A DNA stretch of 64,000 bases from Octopus sinensis (lineage: Eukaryota): positions 21,824,001 to 21,888,000 of the forward strand of contig NC_043022.1 of the NCBI RefSeq assembly GCF_006345805.1, in the 5' to 3' direction. This document shows positions 50,890 to 64,000 of this stretch, in pieces; position 1 is the first letter of the stretch; every line of letters starts with the position of its first letter. The position numbers were made by a program, and so were the translations under genes. The notes beneath the pieces are model-generated. The model searched no databases, had not been told where the DNA came from, and saw nothing but the letters and a program-made list of their open reading frames with translations.

Positions 50890-51800
50890 AAATAAAATAA
50901 TAATTATATACAGTTTTTTTTTGAGGTAATTTGTATGAATTTAGAATAAATGCATAACTCATGAAAGAAAACCTTTATTTGAAAACAAATTGGTACAAAT
51001 GATCTTGAGAATCCTTTTATCATATCTATTCAATGAATTCACTGTTAGTATTAATGGCTGCTTCAATACAGGGTGAGAAGCATTGACATGTGTGAATCAA
51101 ATGATCTTTTGATTCACGCATTTTAGACATGGTGCTGGTTGTTGTGGACTTGAGAGATTGTATGGCATTTGTGGGGGTTGATTGACCCCTCTCTTGACTA
51201 TATCCTACATGTAATAATCCAGTGGATTGAGATCTACTGAGCTAGGAATCCATGTATCTGGGAAATCATGATCATGGAGATTGGCATGCATCTCAGCTTG
51301 CGTTATCCTAGCCTTATGAGATAGCACAGGGTCTTGTTGGAAGACATACAATTTTTTGTTGTGTACTCTATATATTCAAGGCCTCACAACTTTTTCCAAC
51401 ACTTTTGTGTAGATAGTGGAATTGACTCTTAACCCTTTGAGGTCACGTATAAATAGCAAGTCTTTCAGTGCAGGGCACACAAAAAAATAGAGGAAAAAAT
51501 ACAAGATTTTAAAATTAAATTTTAATTTGCTACTCATGATTATATTTCAATAATTCTTGCATGTATGGAACTCCCAAAAGCATGCGCCTAAGCAGAGACC
51601 CACTTAACACTCAGGAGTCATATAGCTTGCTTTCTGTTCTCTTTCTGTTGTGAATGAGCAAACAATACACCTTCTTGGGCAATTTTTTCTTGTTCTTGTA
51701 CTTGGGACATGATCAGGATAGCGTCTTTCCATGAGGAGCACTGCCATTAGTCTGTCACTGGTGCCACTTGCTAACTTCCTGGTGCTGTATTTGTGAGTTT
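50890..51800 (-). mobile_element. Decayed maT-type (DD37D) transposase
   Basis: Reverse translation VFQQD-(37 aa, ending WIPSSVDLNPL)-DYYM*. Confidence 0.7.
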
Positions 51801-51874
51801 GCTTACTATTTACGTATGGAAATATTGGACATCATGGGGTTATTAGTTTTTATAAGGTACATATTATAATTCAA

Positions 51875-52286
51875 GGCGGCGAGCTGGCAGAAACGTTAGC
51901 GCGCCGGGCAAAATGCTTAGCAGTATTTCGTCTGTTGTTACGTTCTGAGTTCAAATTCCGCCGAGGTCAACTTTGCCTTTCATCTTCTCGGGGGTCGATA
52001 AATAAAGTACCAGTTACGCACTGGGCTGATGTAATCGACTTAATCCCTTTGTCTGTCCTTGTTTGTCCCCTCTGTGTTTAGCCCCTTGTGGGTAATAAAG
52101 AAATAGGTATTTCATCTGTCGTTACGTTCTGAGTTCAAATTCCGGTGAGGTCGACTTTGCCTTTCATCTTCCGAGGTCGATAAATAAAGTACCAGTTACG
52201 CACTGGGTCGATGTAATCGACTTAATCCCTTTGTCTGTCCTTGTTTGTTCCCCTCTGTGTTTAGCTCCTTGAGGGTAGTAAAGAAA
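51875..52286 (+). mobile_element. SINE family B dimer, 17-bp TSD
   Basis: tacatattataattcaa at 51858 and 52287. Confidence 0.88.
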
Positions 52287-52359
52287 TACATATTATAATT
52301 CAACATGAAAACGTCCATAATGTGAAAAAATTATTTTTTGCACCATTTTACACTTTTCC

Positions 52360-53400
52360 TAGCGCAATCTCGGCAAGCCAAGTGAGACCATAACCTCGTG
52401 GTCTATGCCAGGGGTGTAACCATCTGTGAAAGGCAGATTATATGATGCCTGTGTGCAAACAGCCATGCTACATGGCAGTGAAACATGGCTATGACCACCG
52501 AGGACATGCAAAGGCTTGAAAGAAATGAAACTAGCATGCTTTGCTGGATGTGCAATGTTAGTGTGCATGTATGACAGAGTGTAAGCATCTTGAGAGAAAA
52601 GTTGGGCATCATAGGCATCAGATAGGGTATGCAAGAGAGACAACTGCACTGGTATGATCATGTGAAAGGTAAGAGAGTCCAGTTTGCTGAACATTGTTGT
52701 AGAGCTGAAAAAGAGGTAATTTCTACTCTTCTCCTCTGGAAGCCATCTACCCGCAATACCAGAGGGCGCACACTCTCCTACCCTGATGTAATCTCCAGGG
52801 ATACAGGCATCCAGCAACAGGACCTCCGTAATGCCATGATGGACCGTGAAGTCTGGCGTAGCATGGTAAATTCCATTGTCTCGACCACAGTCGTACAATG
52901 ATGATGATGATCATGTGATGTGTATAGATGAGAATAGCTATGTGAAGAAGTGCCGATCTGTAATGGTGGAGGGGCCCTTTGAGAAAGGTAGACCCAGGAA
53001 GACATGGGATGAGGTGGTGAAGCACGATCTTCAAACATTGGGCCTCATGGTGGCAATAACAAGTGATCAAGACCTTTGGGGATATGCTGTGCTTGAGAAG
53101 ACCTGCCAAGCCAAGCGAAACTGTAGTTGTGGCTGTTGCCAGCTTCGCATAAAAAGCACCCTTCGAATTTTGAGCCCCACGGAAGCAATATACTGTGCTT
53201 GAGAAGCCAAGTGACATTGTAGTTGTGGCCGATGCCGGTGTTTTGTAACTGGTACCCACTACACTCTTGGAGTGGTTGGCATTAGGAAGGGCATCCAGCT
53301 GTAGAAACAATTCCATATTAGATTGGAGCCTGGTGCAGCTCCTCAGCTTACCAGTTTTCAAACTAATTCATGCATGTATAGAAAACAGATGTTAAATGAT
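52360..53400 (+). mobile_element. RTE RT C-terminus and 3'UTR with a nested RTE-like insert (52666-52906, 12-bp TSD)
   Basis: AMLHGSET...HWYDHV / MCIDENSYVKKC...GRPRKTW; atgatcatgtga at 52654 and 52907. Confidence 0.8.
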
Positions 53401-54459
53401 GATGGTTATGATATATACTCTTTTATTCTTTTACTTGTTTCAGTCATTTGACTGTGGCCATGCTGGAGCACCGCCTTTTAGTCGAGGAAATCGACCCCAG
53501 GTCTTATTCTTTGTAAGCCTAGTACTTATTCTATCGGTCTCTTTTGCCGAACCGCTAAGTTACGGAGACGTAAACACACCAGCATCGGTTGTCAAGTGGT
53601 GTTGGGGGGACAAACACAGACACACAAACACACATATTTATATACATATATATGATGGGCTTCTTTTCGGTTTCCGTCTACCAAATCCACTCACAAAGCT
53701 TTGGTCGGCCCGAGGCTATAGTTAAGTTAATTTTTTGGCTCAAAAAGCAAAAAGCAAGGCCATGTAGGGGGACATGGAGTTATGTACAGGGTGGTGTTCA
53801 TGCAAAGAGTTCAGGCCATTTATGGTCAAGGGAAACTTTGAACCGAGCAGTTGTCGACATCTTCACTATCTCGTCTGGCAGCTGCCCAAGGTGCCATGCA
53901 GTGGGACCGAACTCGGAACCATGTGGTTGGTAAGCAAACAACGTACCACACAGCCACTCCTGGATCACTACCAGAACTAGAGTGAAATTTCGAACATGAA
54001 TCAAGGTCTAGAATCAAAGGGCCTTAGAGTTAATCTAGTAAAAACCAAAGTCTTAGTAAGCAGGAGAGCAGACAAACCACAACTTCACTGCTTGATCTGT
54101 AGAAAAGGCATAGGTAGTAACTCCACAAGATGTGTGTATATATATATATGGAGAGAGGCAGACCTACAGAAGGTAGCCATATTTTACAGCATCCCTCTGC
54201 TTTACCATTTTACATTTTTTCCCACAATTACATGTGTTCTGTATGTTAAAACAAGTAACTGTTACCATCACATTAATCTCTCCTACTACCATCACTCCCC
54301 AAACAGTCTCTCCCCTACCACACACACACTCTACAGAGTCCCTTCTCCACATTAAACACACCAGTAATATATCTATATATATATATAGTCCCTTTCTCCT
54401 GTAATACTACACACACACACAGAGGTGAACCTTCTATTTAGACACACCCTATTTACTCA

Positions 54460-55380
54460 CCATCACCATTGCAATCCATTTCTTTTCACCACCGCCACCA
54501 CCACTACCACCATGACCATCACCTTCACAACCACTATAACCAGAATCCCACCACCCTCGCCTTAACACTAACACCATCACCATCATCAATAAGAACCATT
54601 ACTATCACCCCCCCATTTTGGATAGTGGTGATGGTGATGATAGTTGTAGTTGTGGTGGCGGCGGTAGCGTCGATGTAGGGTTTGTCTAATGACAGTGTTT
54701 GTTAAAGGGGTGGTAGTAGAAGTGATGGTCGTTGCAGAAGTGATGGTGGTAATGGTGGTAGTAATGTCGGCGATGGTGGTAGTGGTAGTAAGTGTTCTGT
54801 GTGGAGGGGATGGTGGTAATGCCTATTTAGATGACGGTGGTGGGGTGGCGGTAGTGGTTAGCATTGCTGGGTGATGAGGAAGGGCGGGGATTATGTCTGT
54901 TGAGGTGGTGGTGATGTTTTGTGTATTTAATTTAATGAGATGGGGAAGAGTAAAAAAAAAACTGAACTAAACTTTCTATCAGCATCATTATATCACCACT
55001 ACCACCACTACTTCTGTTAGTATCATCATTGCTGCTATCACTACCATTATCACTATTACATCTCCACAACTTCATCAAAACACAGGCTACCATCATCTCT
55101 TCCCCATCTTATACAGCCAACACTGCCACCTCCGCCACCATCAAGCCTGCACAGCCACTACTCCTACCTCCGACACCGTCACCATAACACATCACCACCA
55201 CCACCACCATCATCACAATCGTTTCTCTCTTCCCCTTCCTAATTCACTCACATCTCCTCCTCCACCTTCCTACTTCACTCATATCTCCTCCTCCTTCTTT
55301 CACTTCTCCTCATCCTCCTTCCTACTTTCCTCACATCTTCTCCTCCTCCCCCTCCTTTCCGTTCTTTATTCTACATTAAT
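54460..55380. repeat. (CAC)n/(GTG)n/(CCT)n low-complexity region
   Basis: Direct reading. Confidence 0.85.
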
Positions 55381-55703
55381 TTTACAAAAGTTACACACTT
55401 AAGAGTTTCAACGCGAATAAGATTTTTTCACGTTACTTACATTGCTTAGTACAACATTACTAATACTAATTACAACAATAATATTGATAATAACATTCAT
55501 ATTAATTGATAAGCACAAAATCTCTACATCATTCATTCTAGAGTACGCGTTTTTTTTACGAATTATTAATTGCGGTTTTGAGCTTTCTGTCTGCTGTGTC
55601 TCAACTAAGGCTGGAAGCAGCCTCTCTCGTTAAGTACCAAGAAAAACCAACATTGTGGACTAACATACTGGATAAAGTGACCATCCTGTGTGAAGTTGCC
55701 AAG

Positions 55704-55800
55704 ATGAAGATTTACCAATTCAAACTGGAAACCTTGTTAATATGTACGGGATTACTTTTGAGTGCATTACCTCAGGTTTGGAGCATGACCGTAATGACTG
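55704..55800 (+). CDS. Probable signal-peptide exon of an unidentified secreted or membrane protein (MKIYQFKLETLLICTGLLLSALPQVWSMTVMT)
   Basis: gccaagATG context, basic N-terminus, hydrophobic core, V-x-S cleavage-like site, consensus gtgagt donor in phase 1; no homology recognised. Confidence 0.55.
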
Positions 55801-55976
55801 GTGAGTGGATTTATTTAATTTAATTATCTCTTATATTTTTAATTACGAATGATAACGGGGCTGATGATATTGGGAGTTTTCACAGTTTTTTTGTGCTGGT
55901 GTTGGTTTTTCCTTTGTTGTTGTAGTTGATGATTGTATTGGTGATGTTTTTAATGTGTGGGAGAGGAGAAAAACAG

Positions 55977-56183
55977 GGATCTTTTCGGTTTGAACGGCAG
56001 TTTTTAACATAATTTCTAGGTAACTAAAAAATTTTAAACTTCGTATACTGGTAGAATGTGTTTATAAAACATCTTTTTCTCTTGGCTTTATTGAGAAAAT
56101 TCTGTAGTTTGTAAGATATTTGTTGTTTTTTTTCTTCACTATGACACCGCTAGAAAAAACTGCCGTTCAAACCGAAAAGATCC
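55977..56183 (-). mobile_element. Internally deleted Merlin-like MITE
   Basis: Both TIRs present; TSD aaaaacag/caaaacag. Confidence 0.8.
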
Positions 56184-56589
56184 CAAAACAGAATGGGTTA
56201 GGGTTAGGTTTGGTGGTTTCTTTTAATTTTTTGCTTTTGTTCAGTTGTCTTTCTCTCCTTTTGCTATCCACCAACATCGTCTTCATCACTCCACACTACT
56301 AAATAATAATAACACGAGTAAAAAAAATGTTTCCTTCACGTCAACACAACACGCTGCACACGCACACATGGAGACATTGAAACACAATGACATAACCATA
56401 ATCCTTTCAACTATATTCATGTTTGCATTATACACGCAAAATAATTACCCAAACCCTTCACACACACACAGAGTCCCTTCCCCCCTCTCTCACACACACC
56501 ACACAATAAAGCAATACAATAATTCTTATCCCAAGGGGCTATATATATATATCCCTGGTTGAGAATCACTAACAATATATAACAAACAA

Positions 56590-56990
56590 AAGGGAGCGAG
56601 CTGGCAGAAACGTTAGCACTCCGGGCGAAATGCTTGGCGGTATTTCTTCTGCCGTTACGTTCTGAGTTCAAATTCCGCCGAGGTCGACTTTGCCTTTCAT
56701 CCTTTCGGGTCGATTAAATAAATACCAGTTATGCACTGGCGTCGATATAATCGACTTAATCCGTTTGTCTGTCCTTGTTTGTCCCCTCTGTGTTTAGCCC
56801 CATGTGGGTAGTAAAAAAATAGGTATTTCGTTTGTCTTTACGTTCTGAGTTCAAATTCCACCGAGGAGGTCGACTTTGCCTTTCATCCTTTCGGGGTCGA
56901 TAAATTAAGTACCAGCTCCATACTGGGGTCTATCTAATCGACTGGTCCCCTCCCCCGAAATTTCGGGCCTTGTGCCTAGAGTAGAAAAGA
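56590..56990 (+). mobile_element. SINE family B dimer with alternative tail
   Basis: TSD atatat(a/c)acaaacaa at 56575 and 56991. Confidence 0.8.
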
Positions 56991-58862
56991 ATATATCACA
57001 AACAACACGACACGCATTTCTCTTTATCTTTGTTTCTATGAATCTTATAAATATCTTTCACTTTTAATTTTTAATTTTCAGAAGCTCATTACCTCACTCT
57101 TGGGTATTTCCCACCCAAGTTAATATTGTTTTAAGTTACCTTTAACTCACATTATCGTAACAGAATTCTTTGAAATGAGAAAAGCTGAAAAAAAGTTTCC
57201 ACTCCCTTTCGCCAGAAGTCTCCTTTTCTCTTCGTGGCACACTAAGCTTATTTCAGAAAATGTTATTAACCGATTTTTGCTCAGTTTGATTATCAGAGAT
57301 TTTCCTAAAGTCTAATTTTTTCCACTCTCTACTCTAATTTTTCCACCCCTCCAAATTAAGACAGTCTTAATATAAGAAAGACATCTAAAGATAATCGTAA
57401 TTAGTGACAGACACTCCTCCAGTTTTTGACAATCTTAACCTCATTTTCCTGACATCCTAGTTTGTCTTCCCTCACGTACTCAGAGAAATAAATTGAAATG
57501 ATGGATAGATAGGTGGACGAACTGACGGACCGACAGATGGGTGGGTGGTTTGGAAGATAGGTATTAACCTTCTTAAGACTATTACGATTTAAATGCGAGG
57601 GATCTTTTCTGTTTGGCGTCCACTTTTCAGTTCCTTCAATTTTGTTCCAATTGATTCCAAAGTTGGTGTATTTATAGTTTTGTATGCTAATTATGGAAAT
57701 GAAATTCCTTGTTGGTATATCTTGTTTGGTTTTCGGTACATGTCGACCTAAAAAATTAGCGGCAGGGGGAAGTATCTGGCACATGAAGTTTAGCTTTGAT
57801 ATCTTCTCAGAGGAAGAAGAAACGAAAACTTCAGAAAAAAAATCGCCAAAACAAACTTTTATTTAGATTCGTTCTTTGGTTAAAAGTCAATTGTTCGAAT
57901 TAATTTCAACATTATTAAACTAAATCTTCATACAACTCAAGATAGACCTCCTTTGAAGATTAAAGAAAGTAAACAAACAAATGGTGAAATAATTGTGAAG
58001 GGTAAAAAGAAGGATGAGGGATACAAAATGGCGTAAAAAGATAGAATTTCGAGAAAAGTTGGGATACATCTACTCTAGCGCCAGTAAAATATTCTATTGT
58101 TTGGAATTTCTGAAAATCCAAGTTGAAACGAAAACTGGGAAGCTTTTTGGCTTTTTTGAAGTCATGAATTTTAATTTCAAAAGGATCCACTGAACGGGCA
58201 TTAACTTTTGCTAACTAAAATTTTGGAAAAGGGGAGAAAGATTGAGAATTTTTTTTCTGTAACAAACATTCATGAGTGCTGTAACAGGGGAATCTTTGTT
58301 TTTAAGAAAGATTGCCCTACAAAGTTTAGTGAGAGCGTAAAGTTGATATACCTATTGACTAGCTGTGATTGTTGTTTAGCCCCAGGACAACCTCTAATGA
58401 GCAGGTCTATAATGAAAACTGCCCCAGTATTGATCATGTCTTTTAAAATATTTTCTTCGTATATCTCGTTATCTAAAACAACATTCTCTGGTTTGGATTT
58501 TTTTGTTGTTGTCTTTTTATCAACTCAAATTCTAAGAAGGGAGTTTGTCGATTATATTGATCCCAGCACGGGATGAAAGACAAAGTTGACTTGCGCGGGA
58601 TTTGAACTCAGATCATAAAAATAGCTGGGCATACGTACTGCAAGGTATTTTTTGCTAATGATTTCTAATGTAGGTACAAAGTTAGAAATTTCAAGATGGA
58701 GAAAAAGCAAAGTTGACCCTGGCAATATTTGAGTTCAGAACAATAAAGAAGGGCTAAAAGTAAGTCAACAAACGGTTCTACCAATGCACTGTCCAAGGTA
58801 ATACTTATTTCCAAAGCCAACAATTTTGAGAAGAGGGGTTTAGTCGATATCATTGATTTTGG

Positions 58863-58950
58863 GGCGAAGGTAAAGAATACGCACACCACCCGTTTTCGGC
58901 GGTTAGGGTTACGCCAAAAACGAGTAGTGTGCGTATTCTTTACCTCCGCC
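58863..58950. repeat. 88-bp near-perfect hairpin with TTAGGG loop
   Basis: 39-bp stem with 4 A-C mismatches; loop gttagggtta. Confidence 0.85.
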
Positions 58951-59796
58951 GACCTCAGTATTAGACTGCTACTTTATTTTATCGACTCTAAATGGATGAA
59001 GACCCCGTTAACCTCGGCGAAATTTGAACTCAGAGCAGAAAGAGAACCAGGAGAAATACCGCAAGACATTTTTTTACAATGATTTAATGATTCCGCTAGC
59101 CCACTGCCAGAATTGATTGAGCATCAGAAAAAGTACCTTGCAGTATTTGTTTCAACTCTTTACCTTATGGGTTAAGATCCCGCCCATGTCAGCTTTGTCT
59201 TTCATCCTTTCGGGACCCGTAAAGAAGGTCCCAGTCAATAATTAGGATCCACAGTATCGACAAACTTCCCCCGTGTAAAATTACTAGCTTTGTGCTGAAA
59301 ATTAGGCGGTGGTGAGAAATAGCAACCAAATCTAACCTCAAATCACACTTCATCGTTTTAAAAATAGGAAAGATGTACATGGCGCAAAGTAGTCTTAGGG
59401 ATCACCTGTCCCTGTCACTTTTCACCTGTCCCTGTCACTGTCACAAATGGTCACGGTTACAATGTGTTCATTTACTACTTTAGACATGTTAATTTTTCTG
59501 ACTCAAATAGACCTATATTTATATGCCATAACTTTTGTTGTTGAAACTCAGGTCGGCTTTGAGCGAACAAAAATCTCTACCTTAATGTGTCCCTTTGTTT
59601 TCTAAGTTAATTAAATGTTATTTGCTGGGAGCTGTAGCTGCTATTTGTGGAGTGACAACAATATATGGCTCCTTCGTTGGTCCTTGTTCTTTTACAATTT
59701 GAAAGAATTGCTGTAAAAGACTACTTGCTGTTTAGGTTTTCATCAAGCATTGCATGTTTTCACAATGCATTCGAGTTATGTGTGTATGTATACGGG

Positions 59797-60136
59797 TGGA
59801 GGCGCAGCGGACTCGCGGTCATAGGATCGCGGTTTCGATTCTCAGACCGCGCGTTGTGAGTGTTTATTTAGCGAAACACCTAAAGCTCCACGAGGCTCCG
59901 GCTGTATTTTTTCTCCACAACTTTTTCTCACACTTTCTTCCTGTTTCTGTTGTACCTGTATTTCAAAGGGCCAGCCCATGTCACAGTCTGTGTCACGCTG
60001 AATCTCCCCGAGAGCTACGTTAAGGGTACACGTGTCTGTGGAGTGCTCAGCCACTTGTACGTTAATTTCACGAGCAGACTGTTCCGTTGATCGGATCAAC
60101 TAGAACTCTCGTCGTCGTAACCGACAGGAGTGCCAC
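59797..60136 (+). mobile_element. SINE family C (tail B) with A-box deletion
   Basis: ggaggcgca|gcggactcg; lacks atggcccagtcgttagggca present at 25347. Confidence 0.8.
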
Positions 60137-60691
60137 CTGTGTGTACGAGGACATACCCTGTTTCTAAAAACTGAGTGACTTTTAATAGTACACTGGCAAA
60201 GTGCTCAGTAATCACAAACGCACGTGTTTGGAACTATTAGTTCCACTAAATTTTTATTGTCTGGTGCTTTTGCCATTGCGAGGAAAATTTTAAATTAAAA
60301 TCAGTGTACGATGTGCCGCAATTCCCAGTCAATATTAACTATAAGGTAGGACCAGAGTGATACTGTTGGCTGTCATCAGTGCCAAGGATATGCATTGTTG
60401 GATAATGTTTTGGCAGTATGTAAGTCATTCTTTGCAGATTATGCCTGGCTGCTACATAACTGAGTCTCATTGTTTATACACTTAAACAACGAGGTAGTGT
60501 TAAAGCAATGGAAATTAGTACCACGTTGCATCCTCTTTCCTCATGAGATGGATCAGAAAGAAGAACATTGAAGCGTAAAGGAAGGAAACCCAATATAAGA
60601 AGCGTAGCCTGGATGTACGAACTGTATTGGGTGGTCACTGTATCTATTGAGTTTGTTGTAGGTGTTAATGTGTATTTGCTATAGTCTAAGG

Positions 60692-60883
60692 CAGTGGTTT
60701 TCAACCAGGGTTCCGCCAGTACAGACCAGGGGTTCCGCAAGAAGTTACAAAATCGACAGTAATTTTTAATTCTCCTGTGCAGATATGTGTGCATAGGACA
60801 ATTAAATTATTGCACAGGGGTTCCTCGAGCCAGTGAAATGTTTTCTTGGGGTTCCGCTCCAGCAAAAAGTTTGAAAAGCACTG
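60692..60883. mobile_element. hAT-type MITE, TSD GTCTAAGG
   Basis: cagtggttttcaa / ttgaaaagcactg; perfect 8-bp TSD. Confidence 0.85.
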
Positions 60884-62439
60884 GTCTAAGGTATGTGACA
60901 TTTAATGAAGGTGGGGATGCAATTTAGCAACCCAAACGTGGCCGTCACCTAGTGTTTTTGCATGGTGCTAATGCAGGTCAAATTGAAGAAAGCGTTTATT
61001 TTTTCCAAGACATTTACAGTAAGAAAGCAACGAACTGGGATCTTTTCGGTTTGAACGGCAGTTTTTTCTAGCGGTGTCATATGAAATTGTCACCCATAAT
61101 TATGACCCTAGTATCGATCTATTGCATTTCAATCTGTTTTAGGGTTGGTTAGGGGTGGAGGGAAGGTATCTTTTTTTCCTTCAGAAATGTAAATGTCTTC
61201 TACAGCCCCGGACCAACCAAGGTATTGTGAGTGGACTTGGTTGATGGATACAGAAGAAACTAGTCGTATACACACACACTTATGCGTGTGTGAGTGAGTG
61301 TCCCTTTGTCTAGACATCACCTGATGGTTGTAAATGAGCTTCATCGTTGTACAAGCGTTGTTTTTCATTTCCAGTCTTTCTAGCTATAGGAAAATATTGA
61401 TTTCAAATTTTGGCCAGCAATTTCGGGGTGGGTGTTAGTCAATTATATCGACCCCAGTACTCAACTGATACTTATTTTATCGACTCTGATACGATGAGAA
61501 GCAAAGTCGACCTTGGTGAAATTCAAACTTAGAATGCAAAAATGGACGAAATGCCGCTAAGCATTTTACCCGGCGTGCCAACGATTCTGCTAGCCTGCTG
61601 TCTTTTAACTATGGGGAAATATTATCTTGCTTGGAAACAGTTAAAGTTTGGCGACATGACGATGTCCGGCCGTAGAATACCTATCTCAGAATCTTCTGTC
61701 TGAGCATGCAAGCATAGAAAAAAGGGCTTTAAATGATGATGACGTACGAGTGATTATCATCGGTGCTGAGTCTATGTATTGTTAAGTTGGCGATGCCTCG
61801 TGAAGGCAATATGGAGTGGGCACAAGAAAGATAGGGCCTGAAATATGAGAATTTTAAAGTGTTACTTGTGTGAGAAACGAAGATGGTGGTGTTTGGATCT
61901 TCCTTCCAGTTAAAGTGGGATGTTGTGGTCGGGTTTGTAGACAAATCCACAGTGCTCTACATTGTACAGCATTGAACTTAGGATAAATTATAGAACAGTG
62001 ATTCGTGAACTAGAGGAGGAGAGGGATTGGAAAATAAACTTAGTGCCAGTGGTATATTGAGGTCAATTTCTTTGTCTATATTCAACAAGAAACTAGGGAG
62101 CTAAAGTAGCAGTGTGAGAAAAGTTATTCTGGAGGTTTTCGAAAATAGCCGTTTTGTCTGAACAAGTAGAAAAAGAAAAAGAAAAACTTTTTGTTTTAAA
62201 TTCTCTCTCGTTTCTAACCGTTTATATTCAACCATGACGCAACGGTTAGTATGTGAGTGTGTAAGTATTTGCATGTAGTTGGTGCAGTAGGAGGAGGAGG
62301 AGGTGTGGCCTAAACTTTAAAACCGTAACAGCCATCTTCTATAAAATAGGTTGTTGTTGAGGTGAGGGTGGTGGTAGCGTGATTGGTATTACTGAGATGA
62401 AGGTGGTACTGACGGTGACGCGATAATGAATTATTCGTT

Positions 62440-62965
62440 TCTACTCTATGCACAAGGCTCGAAATTTTAGGGGAGGGGGGCTGTTGATTAGATTGACTCA
62501 GTACGCAACTGGTACGGTACTTAATTTATCGATCCCAAAAGGATGAAAAGCTAAGTCGACCACGGCAGAATTTGAACTCAGAACGTAAAGACAGACGAAG
62601 TACCTATTTCTTTACTACCCACAAGGGGCTAAACACAGGGAGGACAGACAAACGGATTAAGTCGATCATATCTACCCCGGTGCGTAACTGGTACTTATTT
62701 AATCAACCCCGAAAGTATGAAAGGCAAAGTCGACCTCGGCGGAATTTGAACTCAGAACCTAGCGGCAGACGAAATACCTATTTCTTTATTACCTACCCAC
62801 AAGGGGCTAAACACAGAGAGGACAAACGGATTAAGTCGATCACATCGACCCCAGTACTTGACTGGTACTTAATTTATCGACCCCGAAAGGATGAAAGGCA
62901 AAGTCGACCTGGGTGGAATTTGAACTCAGAACGATAATGCTAACGTTTCGGCCAGCTCGCCGCCT
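62440..62965 (-). mobile_element. SINE family B trimer (mixed tails)
   Basis: Reverse head at 62950-62965; junction gaa(a)tacctatttc at about 62597 and 62772. Confidence 0.8.
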
Positions 62966-63923
62966 TAATGAGTTAGTTATTGAATTGATGGTTGTGTTAT
63001 TGATTGTGAGGATTTATTGTTGAAGTGGTGACGGCGGCGGTGGTGGCGATGTTTAGTGTCGGATCAAATATTTGCCAACCCGAAAAACATTCAATGTTTT
63101 TGTTGCCCGCCTCTCACCACTACCAACCCCCGAAAGCTTCAACAATTGGAAACAACTCAGTAGCATTTATTGTTCTTCAGTGTTATGGCACTGCGTTAAG
63201 TACAGAGTTGCATTTCTATAATTAAGAATAGGAGAAAAAATAAAGGCAGTTAAAGAATGGAAGGAAAAGCAATTAAAGCAACAAAAAACTGTAAACTCAG
63301 GAAAACACCAAACGATACAACAGAATGAAACAAATGTGATGCACACATGTGCTCAGACAAAACAGTTTTCATAATGTATTCAATTAAACAGTTGGAATAA
63401 TTAGCTGTTATATTGGCACATGGCTATTTATTATATGGGGGTGGATGGTGGAGGGAGGCGTAGTTATCATCATCATCGTTTAACGTCTGCTTTCCATGCT
63501 AGCATGTGTTGGACGATTTTGACTGAGAGCTGGCAAACCAGATGGCTTCACCAGGCTCCAATCTTGATTTAGCAGAGTTTCTACAGCTGGATGCCCTTCC
63601 TAATGCCAACCACTCCGAGAGTGTAGTGGGTCCTTTTTACGTGCTACCGGCATGGGGGCCAGTCAGGCAGTACTGGCAATGACCTCACTCGAATCTTTTC
63701 TGGTCATTTTTATCATGTTTGGATGGGTGTAAGAAGCCGTTTTCTTCTTTTAGTTGCTATTTGAGTTAGACAAACTTAATTTTAAAAATTTAGGTAAACA
63801 GCTGCAGGCATGGCTATGTGGTAAGAAGTTTGCTTCCCAACCACATGATTCCAGGTTCAGTCCTTCTGTGTGGTACCTTGGGCAAATATGTCTTGTATTA
63901 TAGCCTTGGGCCGACTGCATAAG

Positions 63924-64000
63924 GGATCTTTTCGGTTTGAACGGCAGTTTTTAACATAATTTCTTGGTAACTAAAAAATTTAAAACTTATACTGGTAGAA
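63924..64000 (-). mobile_element. Merlin-like MITE end, runs out of the window
   Basis: ggatcttttcggtttgaacggcagttttt; a truncated copy also lies at 61038-61195. Confidence 0.75.

Noticed and set aside
57082-57135. Candidate second exon after a strong tttcag acceptor (also 60305-60345)
   Set aside because: Short frames with early stops or weak splice sites and no recognisable homology
57401-58576. ORFs of 120-127 aa in an AT-rich block
   Set aside because: No motif, splice structure or domain recognised
58897-58915. UAACCCUAAC as a telomerase RNA template
   Set aside because: Lies in the loop of a closed hairpin with no pseudoknot context; TTAGGG runs also occur in the local MITE family
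60335-60352. taactataaggtagg resembling the 28S rDNA R2/I-CeuI target
   Set aside because: Short partial match with no flanking rRNA sequence

Overview
Eukaryotic, repeat-dense, AT-rich genomic DNA. The repeat families look like those of an octopod cephalopod (inference from recalled repeats, not a search). Bases 2734-28457 hold the last 13 coding exons of a class IA PI3-kinase catalytic subunit (PIK3CA/p110-alpha-like, + strand), covering the end of C2, the helical domain and the kinase domain. One exon (13421-13582) lacks a base at about 13472, which shifts the frame. A probable signal-peptide exon of a second + strand gene lies at 55704-55800. Most of the rest is mobile DNA: several tRNA-derived SINE families, CR1 and RTE LINE pieces, Tc1/mariner relics (DD34D-type, DD36E, DD37D), piggyBac-, hAT- and Merlin-like MITEs, and Helitron/Helentron elements. 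The most unusual signal is a set of Penelope-like terminal repeats carrying hammerhead-ribozyme motifs. These include a 194-bp spacerless palindrome with one type I hammerhead on each strand (46320-46513) and a tRNA-headed SINE ending in a hammerhead-like tail (17498-17827). Coordinates were read by hand; repeat boundaries are approximate.
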